Source of the DNA: Acutalibacteraceae bacterium
GTDB lineage: Bacteria; Bacillota; Clostridia; Oscillospirales; Acutalibacteraceae
Length of the DNA: 56,770 bases
Direction of reading: 5' to 3'
Assembly: GCA_045656585.1 (NCBI GenBank)
Contig: JAZORM010000094.1
Location: 1 to 56,770, forward strand
This document shows positions 33,898-42,673 of the stretch, piece by piece. The notes below the pieces were generated by a model. It ran no database searches. It was not told where the DNA came from and worked only from the letters and a program-made list of their open reading frames with translations. How positions within the stretch are numbered: position 1 is the stretch's first letter; every line of letters begins with the position of its first letter. Made by a program: the position numbers and the translations under genes.

Positions 33898-34977
33898 TTA
33901 GTCCATATATCCTTTAGCGCAAAGGAGTTCGGCAAGTAATACCGCACCGCCCGCAGCGCCTCTTAATGTATTATGTGATACACAAACGAATTTATAATCA
34001 TATTGTGTATCTTCGCGAAGACGACCGATTGATACAGCCATACCTTTTTCGTTGTCACGAGTAAGTTTTGTTTGAGGCATATCATCTTCAGTGTAGTAGT
34101 TGAGGAATTGCTTTGGAGCCAAGGGGAGTTCGAGGTCTTGAGGTTCGCCCTTGAAGTTTTTCCAAGCTTCTAAGATTTCTTCTTTAGAAGGCTTGTTCTT
34201 AAATGATACGTAAACAGCAGCCATATGACCGTCTGATACGGGAACGCGCAAACATTGAGCGGTGAATTTTGGGCTATCGCTTGGAACGATTTCGCCGTTT
34301 TCAATTTTGCCCCAAATCTTAAGAGGTTCTTTTTCGCTCTTTTCTTCTTCGCCGCCGATGTAGGGGATAACGTTGTCAATCATTTCGGGCCAACGGTCGA
34401 ATGTTTTACCAGCGCCTGAAATTGCTTGATATGTGCATACCAAAACTTTATCTACGCCGAATTTGTCGAGCGGATAAAGAGCAGGAACGTAGCTTTGAAG
34501 AGAACAATTAGATTTAACAGCCACAAAACCGCGCTTTGTACCAAGGCGTTCTCTTTGTGATTTGATGATTTCAGCATGACTAGCGTTGATTTCAGGGATA
34601 ATCATAGGAACGTCAGCGGTGAAGCGGTGAGCCGAGTTGTTAGAAATAACAGGGCATTCGCGTTTTGCATAGGTTTCTTCCAATGCTTTGATTTCATCTT
34701 TTTTCATATTAACTGCGCAAAAAACGAAGTCAACCTTAGAAACGATTTCATCGATGTCCTTTTCGGCATCCAAAACGAGCATATCGCTAAACTTTTCGGG
34801 CATAGTTTCTTTCATTGCCCAACGGTTGCCAACAGCGTCTTTATATGATTTACCTGCTGAATTTGAACTAGCAGCTAAAGCAGTAACGTTAAACCAAGGA
34901 TGGTCTTGTAGCAAGAGCGCAAAGCGTTGTCCTACCATACCTGTAGCGCCTATAATACCTACGTTGAATTTTTTCAT
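33898..34977 (-). CDS. asd: Aspartate-semialdehyde dehydrogenase
   Basis: GIIGATGMVGQRF, active-site SNCS, and C-terminal NTLRGAAGGAV. The start was moved to the ATG at 34977. Confidence 0.9.
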   Translation of the reverse strand: MKKFNVGIIGATGMVGQRFALLLQDHPWFNVTALAASSNSAGKSYKDAVGNRWAMKETMPEKFSDMLVLDAEKDIDEIVSKVDFVFCAVNMKKDEIKALEETYAKRECPVISNNSAHRFTADVPMIIPEINASHAEIIKSQRERLGTKRGFVAVKSNCSLQSYVPALYPLDKFGVDKVLVCTYQAISGAGKTFDRWPEMIDNVIPYIGGEEEKSEKEPLKIWGKIENGEIVPSDSPKFTAQCLRVPVSDGHMAAVYVSFKNKPSKEEILEAWKNFKGEPQDLELPLAPKQFLNYYTEDDMPQTKLTRDNEKGMAVSIGRLREDTQYDYKFVCVSHNTLRGAAGGAVLLAELLCAKGYMD

Positions 34978-35010
34978 TTTAAACAATCCTTTCAAAAATG
35001 CAAAATGTGC

Positions 35011-35039
35011 TTGATATATTGTTCATTATACAATATAAT
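35011..35039 (+). promoter_or_regulatory. Sigma-A-type promoter for queA
   Basis: TTGATA (35011-35016), a 17-nt spacer, then TATAAT (35034-35039). Confidence 0.55.
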
Positions 35040-35058
35040 ATACTATACATACACAATT

Positions 35059-35087
35059 ATAATACCATTTTAAGAGTGGTTTGTCAA
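35059..35087 (-). promoter_or_regulatory. Sigma-A-type promoter for asd-dapA-dapB
   Basis: On the minus strand: TTGACA (35082-35087), a 17-nt spacer ending in TGG, then TATTAT (35059-35064). Confidence 0.55.
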
Positions 35088-35106
35088 ATTTTTTGTGGGG
35101 GTTTTT

Positions 35107-36129
35107 ATGAAAACAAGTGATTTTTATTACGATTTACCGCCCGAGCTTATTGCCCAAACCCCAATTGAGCCTCGAAACACATCTAGGCTTTTGAAATTGG
35201 ATAAAATTTCGGGCGAACTCGTGCATACTTCATTTGATAATTTATTTAGTTTTTTGCGCGAGGGAGACTGCCTTGTGCTAAATAATACACGTGTTTTACC
35301 TGCGCGTCTTTTCGGTACTCGTGATGATACGGGTGCAGTTGTTGAATTTGTATTGTTGAAGCAAAAAGGCGTAAACCTTTGGGAATGTTTAGCAGGTCCC
35401 GGTAAAAAGGCTAAAGAAGGATATAACTTTACCTTTTCCGAAGATTTAAAGGCTACTGTTCGCGAGGTTTTGCCCGACGGTAACCGTGTTGTTGAATTTT
35501 TCCCAAACGGCGAGTTTTTCGGGGTTTTAGACAAGGTTGGTCAAATGCCTTTGCCACCTTATATTAAAGAAAAACTTGAGGATAAAGAACGCTACCAAAC
35601 CGTTTATTCTAAAGAACTCGGCTCGGCTGCGGCTCCTACTGCGGGGCTTCACTTTACAAATGATATGCTCGAAGAATTAAAGCAAAGGGGAGTAAATATC
35701 GCTTATGTTACTCTTCACGTAGGTCTTGGAACCTTCCGTCCTGTAAAGGTTGACGATATCGCCGAGCATAAAATGCATTCTGAGCATTACGTAATTTCAA
35801 AAGAAACTGCTGATATTATAAATAAAACCAAGCAAAACGGCGGCAGGGTTATTTGTGTTGGTACAACGAGTTGCCGTACTGTTGAAAGCGCATATCAAAA
35901 GTTTGGCGAAATTAAAGAATGTACCGATGATACAAGCATTTTTATTTATCCGGGATATAAGTTTGGTTGTATGGATGGTCTTATAACTAATTTCCATTTA
36001 CCCGAAAGTACACTTATAATGCTAGTTTCTGCATTTGCGGGATATGATAATACAATGAACGCTTATAAAACTGCGGTTGAAGAAAAATATCGTTTCTTTA
36101 GCTTTGGCGACGCTATGATTATTGTATAG
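35107..36129 (+). CDS. queA: S-adenosylmethionine:tRNA ribosyltransferase-isomerase
   Basis: Starts [23 protein letters not shown]... and ends FFSFGDAM. Confidence 0.9.
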   Translation: MKTSDFYYDLPPELIAQTPIEPRNTSRLLKLDKISGELVHTSFDNLFSFLREGDCLVLNNTRVLPARLFGTRDDTGAVVEFVLLKQKGVNLWECLAGPGKKAKEGYNFTFSEDLKATVREVLPDGNRVVEFFPNGEFFGVLDKVGQMPLPPYIKEKLEDKERYQTVYSKELGSAAAPTAGLHFTNDMLEELKQRGVNIAYVTLHVGLGTFRPVKVDDIAEHKMHSEHYVISKETADIINKTKQNGGRVICVGTTSCRTVESAYQKFGEIKECTDDTSIFIYPGYKFGCMDGLITNFHLPESTLIMLVSAFAGYDNTMNAYKTAVEEKYRFFSFGDAMIIV

Positions 36130-36136
36130 GTGAATT

Positions 36137-36787
36137 ATGTATAAATACATACTTTTTGATTTAGACGGCACTTTGACCGACCCTGCAATCGGTATTACCA
36201 ACGGCGTTATGTACGCTTTGGAAAAGTTTGGGATAAAGGTAGAAGATCGTAAAGAACTTTATTGTTTCATAGGTCCTCCCTTGGTTGATGCCTTTGCTAA
36301 ATATTACGGCTTATCTGAACAAGATTCCAAACAAGCTGTGGTTTATTATCGTGAGTTTTTTAGACGCACAGGTATTTATGAGAACCGAGTTTATGATGGT
36401 GTTCGTGAAATGCTTGAAGCCTTGAAAAATAGCGGTAAAACCTTGATATTAGCCACTTCCAAGCCTGAAGAATTCGCTGAAATTGTGCTCGAATATTTTG
36501 ATTTGAGACGTTATTTTGATTGCGTAGTGGGTGCTACGTTTGACGGAACGCTCAATTACAAAAGCGACGTTATTCGCGTGGCGCTTGAGCGCGGGAAGGT
36601 GAGCGATAAAAAAGATGCGGTTATGATTGGTGACCGACATCACGATATCGACGGCGCAAAACAAAATAATCTAAAATCTATCGGTGTATTATATGGTTTT
36701 GGCGACCGTGAGGAATTAGAAATCGCGGGAGCGGATATGATCGTAAAAACACCCGAAGATTTGCTTAAAATATTAACCGAAAATTAG
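36137..36787 (+). CDS. HAD-IA family hydrolase (phosphoglycolate-phosphatase-like)
   Basis: ILFDLDGTLTD, ATSKP and IGDRHHDIDGA motifs. Confidence 0.75.
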   Translation: MYKYILFDLDGTLTDPAIGITNGVMYALEKFGIKVEDRKELYCFIGPPLVDAFAKYYGLSEQDSKQAVVYYREFFRRTGIYENRVYDGVREMLEALKNSGKTLILATSKPEEFAEIVLEYFDLRRYFDCVVGATFDGTLNYKSDVIRVALERGKVSDKKDAVMIGDRHHDIDGAKQNNLKSIGVLYGFGDREELEIAGADMIVKTPEDLLKILTEN

Positions 36788-36795
36788 GAGCTAAA

Positions 36796-37926
36796 ATGTT
36801 TAAACTTATAAAACAAGAGGGAAATGCTCGTCGCGGTGAGTTTATAACAAACCGCGGCACAGTACAAACTCCCGCATTTATGAACGTTGCAACCTGTGGT
36901 GCTATTAAGGGTGCGGTTTCTGCTGAAGACCTTAAAGACCTTGGCTGTCAGGTTATGCTTTCAAATACCTATCATTTGCACATTCGTCCCGGTGACGAAG
37001 TTGTTAAAGGTTGCGGTGGACTTCACAAATTTTCAACTTGGGAAGGTCCTATCCTTACCGATAGCGGCGGATTTCAGGTTTTCTCGCTTTCTTCGCTTAG
37101 AAAGATTGAAGAAGAGGGTGTAACCTTTGCTTCCCACGTGGACGGCAAACGTATTTTTATGGGACCTGAGGAGAGTATGAGAATTCAGTCGAACTTGGGC
37201 TCTACAATCGCTATGGCGTTTGATGAGTGTGTTGAAAATCCTGCTGAATATGCTTATTCAAAGGCTTCTTGTGAACGTACAACCCGTTGGCTTAAACGTT
37301 GTAAAGAAGAGATGGCAAGGCTCAATTCTTTGCCCGATACAATCAATCCCGAGCAAATGCTTTTCGGTATAAACCAAGGCTGTACTTATAACGATTTACG
37401 AATTAACCATATGAAAGAAATCGCCGAGCTCGACCTCTCGGGTTATGCTATCGGTGGTTTGGCTGTAGGCGAACCGGCTCCCGTTATGTACGACGTAATC
37501 GAACACGTTGAACCTTTTATGCCGAAGGATAAAATTCGTTATTTGATGGGTGTTGGTACTCCCGCGAATATTCTTAATGCGGTTGAGCGTGGCGTTGATT
37601 TATTCGACTGCGTAATGCCGAGCCGTAACGCTCGTCACGGACATCTTTTCACAAGTGAAGGTATTATCAATATCAACAACAAGAAATATGAATTTGATAT
37701 GCGTCCAATTGATGAAAATTGCGGTTGTCCCGTATGTTCTAGGTATTCCAGAGCATATATTCGTCATCTCTTAAAGAGCCAAGAAATGCTCTCGCAAAGA
37801 CTTTTGGTTATGCACAATTTGTGGTTCTACAATCACCTTATGGAAGATATAAGAAATGCGATTGATAATGGAACATTCCACGAGTTTAAGCGCCAAAAGG
37901 AAGAAATTTACTCTAAACGAATATGA
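36796..37926 (+). CDS. tgt: tRNA-guanine transglycosylase
   Basis: TDSGGFQV and GLAVGE motifs, plus the Zn site CGCPVCSRYSRAYIRHL. Confidence 0.95.
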   Translation: MFKLIKQEGNARRGEFITNRGTVQTPAFMNVATCGAIKGAVSAEDLKDLGCQVMLSNTYHLHIRPGDEVVKGCGGLHKFSTWEGPILTDSGGFQVFSLSSLRKIEEEGVTFASHVDGKRIFMGPEESMRIQSNLGSTIAMAFDECVENPAEYAYSKASCERTTRWLKRCKEEMARLNSLPDTINPEQMLFGINQGCTYNDLRINHMKEIAELDLSGYAIGGLAVGEPAPVMYDVIEHVEPFMPKDKIRYLMGVGTPANILNAVERGVDLFDCVMPSRNARHGHLFTSEGIININNKKYEFDMRPIDENCGCPVCSRYSRAYIRHLLKSQEMLSQRLLVMHNLWFYNHLMEDIRNAIDNGTFHEFKRQKEEIYSKRI

Positions 37927-37989
37927 TACTTGCATTTTGTGAAATAATGCGGTATAATAGTAATAATATTTTTTGAAAGGATTTTTGAA

Positions 37990-38325
37990 ATGAACTTTAT
38001 TTTACCTCTTGCAGAATCTGCTGCACAACCTAAAAGTATGAACCCAATCGTATTAATTCTTTTTTACGTTTTGATTTTCGGTGCACTTTATTTCTTCATG
38101 CTCCGTCCTCAAAAGAAAAAACAAAAAGAAGAAAAGGAGCTGCGTGAACATCTTCAAATTGGCGATCAAGTTGTAACAATCGGCGGTATCTACGGTAGAG
38201 TAATCTCTCTCAAAGAAGATACAATGGTTATCGAATCTTTGAGCGACCACAGCAAACTTACTTTTGCTCGTTGGGCTTTACAAACCAACCTTACCGTACA
38301 CGACGACGTACCTGCTAAAAAATAA
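37990..38325 (+). CDS. yajC: Preprotein translocase subunit YajC
   Basis: One TM segment followed by LRPQKKKQKE...LQIGDQVVTIGGIYGRV. Confidence 0.85.
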   Translation: MNFILPLAESAAQPKSMNPIVLILFYVLIFGALYFFMLRPQKKKQKEEKELREHLQIGDQVVTIGGIYGRVISLKEDTMVIESLSDHSKLTFARWALQTNLTVHDDVPAKK

Positions 38326-38341
38326 AAAGTAATATGTTTTG

Positions 38342-38382
38342 TCCCTTCCGAATATGATTTAGTGTTCGGGAGGGAATTTTTT
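38342..38382 (+). terminator. Intrinsic terminator after yajC whose 3' arm is the SD of the next gene
   Basis: TCCCTTCCGAA (38342-38352) / TTCGGGAGGGA (38365-38375) forms 11 bp with one G-U pair. ATTTTTT follows and then the ATG at 38383. Confidence 0.5.
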
Positions 38383-38772
38383 ATGGATAATAAGAAGATA
38401 GATTATATATTGCTATTAAAAGCTTTTTTGATTTTTGTTTTGACAAGTGTTTTTGGTATTTTTGTTTTTGCGGCAGCTATGTTCTTCTTAGAAGGCGGAT
38501 ATGAATATTCACCGTTGTTTGCCACTTTATCTTTAGGGATAGGTTGTTTTTCGACTTCTTGGATTTTGGGACGAAAAATTGGCAAAAAGGGGATAGTGAT
38601 AGGTTTTTTGACTGGTATTATAGTTTTTGTTGTGGCGACACTTATCAGCATTTTTGTAAATAGTACAGCGTTTACAATTCACACATTGCTTCGCTTTATA
38701 ATTTTCCTTTTGTCTTCTATGATAGGCGCTATTATTGGCGTTAACCAAAATGGTAATAGGAAGTATATATAA
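38383..38772 (+). CDS. Small 4-TM membrane protein (TIGR04086-like)
   Basis: Hydrophobic 129-aa ORF. ATG at 38383 behind GGGAGGG. The family name is from memory. Confidence 0.45.
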   Translation: MDNKKIDYILLLKAFLIFVLTSVFGIFVFAAAMFFLEGGYEYSPLFATLSLGIGCFSTSWILGRKIGKKGIVIGFLTGIIVFVVATLISIFVNSTAFTIHTLLRFIIFLLSSMIGAIIGVNQNGNRKYI

Positions 38773-38821
38773 CTAGCAACAAATTAACAGGGCAGGGGAA
38801 ATAAGCTTTTGGTATTTCGCA

Positions 38822-38855
38822 GGGTACGACCCACGTGTCGTACCTTAATTTTTTA
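38822..38855 (+). terminator. Intrinsic terminator
   Basis: GGTACGAC / GTCGTACC stem followed by TTAATTTTTT. Confidence 0.6.
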
Positions 38856-38924
38856 TCTATCGTTTTGGAATTGTACACGAGCCGTTTCCTATAATAAATC
38901 TATATAGATATTCTGTAGGGCAAA

Positions 38925-38954
38925 CAAAAAACTCCCGAAAAACGGGAGTTTTTA
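38925..38954 (-). terminator. Intrinsic terminator directly after the DivIVA-like gene (bidirectional shape)
   Basis: ACTCCCG / CGGGAGT stem flanked by an A-run and a T-run. Confidence 0.6.
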
Positions 38955-38955
38955 A

Positions 38956-39507
38956 TTATTCATTAATTATGCTTTCTAAAATTGATTCAAAATCTTCAAC
39001 AGCAATATTTGAAGTTTCGAAGTTTTTGGTGATTTGTTCGCGGGTTGCATCTAAAGAGCCCAAGAGAACGTCAACTTCTTTTATAAAATCATCTGAGGTT
39101 TTTTGTATATTGCGGCGAAGTTCGTTGAGAGATATATGAGCTTCGTCGATAGCCGAAAGATTTTTCTCAACTTCAGTTTTAGCAATATTAGTACTTTCTT
39201 CAGCGTTAGACATTAAAACCTTGGCGTTAGCTTGAGAAACTAAATAAAGTTTACCAATGTTTTCTGAGATTTTTTCAATCTCTTCCGCTTTTTGTGAGAA
39301 TTCATCGAGCTTTTCGCTTAAAGCGTTCTTTTCTTCCAAAAGCTTTTGATAATTTTCTTTAGAAAGAGCGAGGTCTTGGGATAATTCCTCGGTTTTTTGG
39401 GTTAATTCATCAGTTTTGTTTTTAAATTTTGTATGTAATCTTTCGATATAATCAATAACGTCGTTGCAGTTAAAACCAAATAGACTTTTCTTAAATCCGA
39501 TAGACAT
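38956..39507 (-). CDS. DivIVA-domain-like coiled-coil protein
   Basis: The N-terminal FKKSLFGFNCNDVIDYIERL resembles the DivIVA N-domain. The rest is heptad-rich coiled coil. Confidence 0.45.
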   Translation of the reverse strand: MSIGFKKSLFGFNCNDVIDYIERLHTKFKNKTDELTQKTEELSQDLALSKENYQKLLEEKNALSEKLDEFSQKAEEIEKISENIGKLYLVSQANAKVLMSNAEESTNIAKTEVEKNLSAIDEAHISLNELRRNIQKTSDDFIKEVDVLLGSLDATREQITKNFETSNIAVEDFESILESIINE

Positions 39508-39581
39508 TTTTAACTTCCTTTCAGTATAAGTACATGTATTATATCACAGTTGTTTTGTAATTACAAGAGAAATTTTTATGG

Positions 39582-39610
39582 TTGACATAATTCTTTATTT
39601 GTGGTAAAAT
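39582..39610 (+). promoter_or_regulatory. Strong sigma-A-type promoter upstream of the spoIIM leader
   Basis: TTGACA (39582-39587), a 17-nt spacer ending in TGG, then TAAAAT (39605-39610). Confidence 0.55.
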
Positions 39611-39647
39611 ATTGTTTGTAAAAACTTGGTATGATTTATAAATTCAC

Positions 39648-39680
39648 TCAACACCTTATGTATAAGGATGTTGATTTTTT
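39648..39680 (+). terminator. Intrinsic terminator ~35 nt downstream of the predicted TSS (attenuator or end of a short RNA)
   Basis: TCAACACCTTA / TAAGGATGTTGA forms 11 bp with one bulged A and a 4-nt loop, followed by T6 (39675-39680). Confidence 0.5.
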
Positions 39681-39767
39681 ACGCTTTATTTTAACGGTTT
39701 ACATAACAACTAGGAATCACACTATCTTGATACGCGATGAAGATATATGCACCAAATATAGATTTGG

Positions 39768-39795
39768 AATATCTTGTCCATCTTTTGCATATCAT
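39768..39795 (+). promoter_or_regulatory. Sigma-E-like sporulation promoter for spoIIM
   Basis: gAATATc, 16 nt, then CATATCAT resembles the sigma-E consensus (ATA, 16-18 nt, CATACA-T). It ends 22 nt before the ATG. Confidence 0.3.
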
Positions 39796-39816
39796 TTTTT
39801 AAAGGTGTGTGATTAT

Positions 39817-40446
39817 ATGCAAAAGGGAAAAGTACTAAGTTTTCGCCGATTCGGAATATCTGATTTTCTAAGGAAAAATTATATTTTAATATTATTGACA
39901 TTGGGTTTTGTTTTAGGTATTTTGTTTGGGACGTTTTGGTTTTTTGAAATCGATTTTCTTTCGGAATACCCGAAAAACTTTATCGCTGATTATTTCGAGT
40001 CGAGAACAAACAAATCTTTCTTTGGGATTTTATTGGCTTCAACCTTTGATTTTTGGTCGTTGCTGTTTTTGGCTTTTATGATGGGAACGGGGATATTTGG
40101 TGTTGTTACCGTACCGTTGTTCGTTATGATTTTAGGATTTTTTCAAGGCGGAATTACGGCTTATCTTTATTCTGAATTTGCACTTAAAGGTATTGCTTTT
40201 AATGCGGTTGTATATATTCCGTCGACAATAATATTTATAATAGTATTTCTCACGGCATCTCGTGAAGCCATTTGCTTTTCGCTTAAACTGTCGAGCTTGA
40301 CCCTCGATAGAACTATGCCGTTTAGTCTATCGAATGAATTCAAAAATTACGGTATTAAATTTTTGATTTTTGGTGTTGCGGTGTTTTTTTCGGCTTTGGT
40401 TGACACGTTGCTGTCATCAAGTGTTTTGAAATATTTCAATTTATAG
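39817..40446 (+). CDS. spoIIM: Stage II sporulation protein M-like membrane protein
   Basis: ~210 aa with 5-6 TM segments, located directly upstream of xerD. ATG at 39817 behind AAAGGTG. The upstream in-frame 62 codons lack an SD. Confidence 0.5.
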   Translation: MQKGKVLSFRRFGISDFLRKNYILILLTLGFVLGILFGTFWFFEIDFLSEYPKNFIADYFESRTNKSFFGILLASTFDFWSLLFLAFMMGTGIFGVVTVPLFVMILGFFQGGITAYLYSEFALKGIAFNAVVYIPSTIIFIIVFLTASREAICFSLKLSSLTLDRTMPFSLSNEFKNYGIKFLIFGVAVFFSALVDTLLSSSVLKYFNL

Positions 40447-40462
40447 AAAGGGGAGACACAGT

Positions 40463-41332
40463 ATGCTCGTTAAATTACAAAACTACAAAAACTTTTTGTT
40501 GGTTTCTAAGAAATCTTCGGCAAGTACAGTTGATGCTTACGTTCGTGACGTTAAACAATTTATGGAATACTGTGAAAATTCCGACCTTTCAAAAATTGAG
40601 AAAGAAATAATATTTGAGTATGTTCATTCGCTCGAAAAATCCGATGCCACTAAAGTTAGAATTATCGCATCTTTACGGGCTTATTTTAATTATTTGATAG
40701 AACATGGAGAATGTTTAAATAATCCCGCGAACGAAATTAAACTTAAAAAAGAAAAACAAAATAAGTTGGGAATTTTGGAAGCTGATGAAATTGTGACCTT
40801 GTTATCCCAACCCCAAGGTGATGATTTTAAAAGTATACGTGATAAAGCAATGCTAGAACTTTTATATGCTACGGGTATTAAAGTGTCGGAGCTTTTAAAC
40901 GTCAAGATTAGTGATATTAATTTGACTATTGGTATACTACATCTTAAAAACGGCGAAAAAGAGCGTATAGTGCCGATTTATCCTGCGGCGGTGAAATCGC
41001 TTGAGGAATATATAGAAAAAGCGCGTGTGGGCATTATTAGCGACCAAAATCAAGATGTTTTGTTTACAAACCTGGGTGGACAACCTATGTCGCGCCAAGG
41101 TTTTTGGAAGATTATTAAGTTTTACGCTGAAAAAGCGGGTATTAAGCAGGAAATAACCCCTCAAACTCTTCGACATTCGTTTGCGGCTCATTTACTTGAA
41201 AACGGAGCAAAACTTAAAGATATTAAGGAAATGCTCGGTCACAGCGATATTTCTTCAACACAAGTTTACGCGCAGTTTATTAAAAATAAATATTCGAGCA
41301 AGTATGCAAAATTCCACCCACTTGCAAAATAA
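40463..41332 (+). CDS. xerD: Site-specific tyrosine recombinase XerD/XerC
   Basis: Carries the catalytic R...HxLRHSFA...LGHSDISSTQVY pattern. 289 aa. Confidence 0.85.
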   Translation: MLVKLQNYKNFLLVSKKSSASTVDAYVRDVKQFMEYCENSDLSKIEKEIIFEYVHSLEKSDATKVRIIASLRAYFNYLIEHGECLNNPANEIKLKKEKQNKLGILEADEIVTLLSQPQGDDFKSIRDKAMLELLYATGIKVSELLNVKISDINLTIGILHLKNGEKERIVPIYPAAVKSLEEYIEKARVGIISDQNQDVLFTNLGGQPMSRQGFWKIIKFYAEKAGIKQEITPQTLRHSFAAHLLENGAKLKDIKEMLGHSDISSTQVYAQFIKNKYSSKYAKFHPLAK

Positions 41333-41363
41333 AACTCTCTTCGAAGTTACGAAGAGAGTTTTA
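41333..41363 (+). terminator. Intrinsic terminator after xerD
   Basis: ACTCTCTTCG / CGAAGAGAGT stem followed by TTTT. Confidence 0.65.
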
Positions 41364-41441
41364 TTATTTAGTTGATTTCATCTGTTTTAGCTTTTTTCAA
41401 CCGTTTTCTTCTGGAAGAGCTAAAACTTCAAGGTGGTTATA

Positions 41442-41476
41442 TAAAAGACATCGCAACGTTTGTTGCGATGTCTTTT
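41442..41476 (-). terminator. Intrinsic terminator after mscL
   Basis: Perfect 12-bp stem AGACATCGCAAC / GTTGCGATGTCT with a 4-nt loop and T/A-rich flanks. Confidence 0.65.
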
Positions 41477-41480
41477 AAAA

Positions 41481-41939
41481 TTATTTCTTTTTAATTTCTG
41501 CAAGAATTTCTGTTAAAAGTTCTTCGGTAGTGGGTTTTGGGTCTTCGGCTATTTCTTCTATCTCTTCAACCTTTCTTGCCTTTTCCGAAAGTTCTTTTGC
41601 TTTTGCAAAAACCTTAACTATCATAAATACGATAGCGGCAATGATTAAAAAGTCGATAATAGTAACCAAGAATGTACCAATACCAATTGTAACAGCGGGA
41701 GAAACAACAGCACCTGCTTCATCAAGCACTTCTTCAGCAAGTACTATGTTGAGTTCGCTCAAGTCGAAACCACCGATAAGCCAACCGATAAAGGGCATAA
41801 ATACATCATTTACAAGGCTTGTGGTGATTTTACCAAATGCACCTGCAACGATAACGCCGACAGCCATATCGATAACATTACCGCGCATTATAAATTCTTT
41901 GAATTCGTTTATTAAACCTCTTGTCTTTTTAAACTTCAT
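41481..41939 (-). CDS. mscL: Large-conductance mechanosensitive channel
   Basis: EFKEFIMRGNVIDMAVGVIVAGAFGKI is the MscL signature. Confidence 0.9.
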   Translation of the reverse strand: MKFKKTRGLINEFKEFIMRGNVIDMAVGVIVAGAFGKITTSLVNDVFMPFIGWLIGGFDLSELNIVLAEEVLDEAGAVVSPAVTIGIGTFLVTIIDFLIIAAIVFMIVKVFAKAKELSEKARKVEEIEEIAEDPKPTTEELLTEILAEIKKK

Positions 41940-41952
41940 TTTTATTTACCTC

Positions 41953-42660
41953 TTAATTTTCACTAAATATTACAGTGACATCGGGGTGTAATTGTAAAAT
42001 AGAAGCGGGAACTTTTGGGTCAATAGGACCAAAGAAGGCTTTTTCTAAGATTGCTTTTTTGTTTTGTCCGTTTGCGATAAGCAAAACCTTTTTAGCTGAC
42101 ATAATTCCGCCCATACCCATTGTGATTGCGGTTTTTGGAACGTCGTCAATGCTTTGGAAGAAACGAGCGTTTGCTTCGATTGTTGAAGGGTCGAGTGTTA
42201 CCTGATGGGTTTCTTTTGTGAAGAATTCATCGGGTTCGTTGAAACCAATGTGACCGTCAAGACCAATACCTAAAAGTTGGATATCAATACCCATTTCTTT
42301 GATTCTCTCGTCATAATCTTCGCATTCAGCCTTAATATCAGCCGCTTTGCCGTTAGGAACAAAAGTATTTGCTTTATTGATATTTATATGATTGAAAAGA
42401 TTATCATTCATAAAGTAACGGTAGCTTTGGTCGTTGTCACCGTCAAGACCGGTGTATTCGTCGAGGTTGATTGAAGAAACGGTCGAAAAATCAAGATCGC
42501 CGTTTTTGCACCATTCGATAAGGTTTTTATATGTGCCAACCGGTGAAGAACCTGTAGCAAGGCCTAAAACACAGTTGGGCTTTCTTACAACTTCAGCTGC
42601 GATAATAGCAGCGGCCTTGCGGCTTAAGGTTTCGTAATTTTCTACGGTAATGAATTTCAT
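41953..42660 (-). CDS. nagB: Glucosamine-6-phosphate deaminase
   Basis: VLGLATGSSPVGTY, LDEY and GIGLDGHIGFNEP motifs. ATG at 42660 behind AAGGAG. Confidence 0.9.
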   Translation of the reverse strand: MKFITVENYETLSRKAAAIIAAEVVRKPNCVLGLATGSSPVGTYKNLIEWCKNGDLDFSTVSSINLDEYTGLDGDNDQSYRYFMNDNLFNHININKANTFVPNGKAADIKAECEDYDERIKEMGIDIQLLGIGLDGHIGFNEPDEFFTKETHQVTLDPSTIEANARFFQSIDDVPKTAITMGMGGIMSAKKVLLIANGQNKKAILEKAFFGPIDPKVPASILQLHPDVTVIFSEN

Positions 42661-42673
42661 TAGAAAGACTCCT

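Noticed and set aside
34978-35106. Looked for an L-box (lysine) riboswitch ahead of asd-dapA-dapB and a preQ1 riboswitch ahead of queA.
   Set aside because: The spacer is only 129 nt and is filled by two promoters. The leaders are ~75 and ~60 nt without the required multi-helix structure.
31805-38954. Two terminators sharing the arm AAAAAACTCCCG (31803-31835 and 38925-38954), considered as a dispersed repeat family.
   Set aside because: Only ~12 nt are shared, the loops differ, and both are ordinary GC-stem/T-run terminators. The similarity is most simply coincidental.
39631-39816. 62-codon N-terminal extension of the spoIIM ORF in the track (start at 39631).
   Set aside because: There is no SD before 39631. 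The extension contains a strong terminator hairpin plus T6 and a promoter-like element. The ATG at 39817 has AAAGGTG upstream, and the membrane domain starts just after it.
41530-41991. 153-aa plus-strand ORF antisense to mscL.
   Set aside because: The mscL signature on the minus strand is unambiguous. The antisense product is low-complexity and Ser/Ile-rich.
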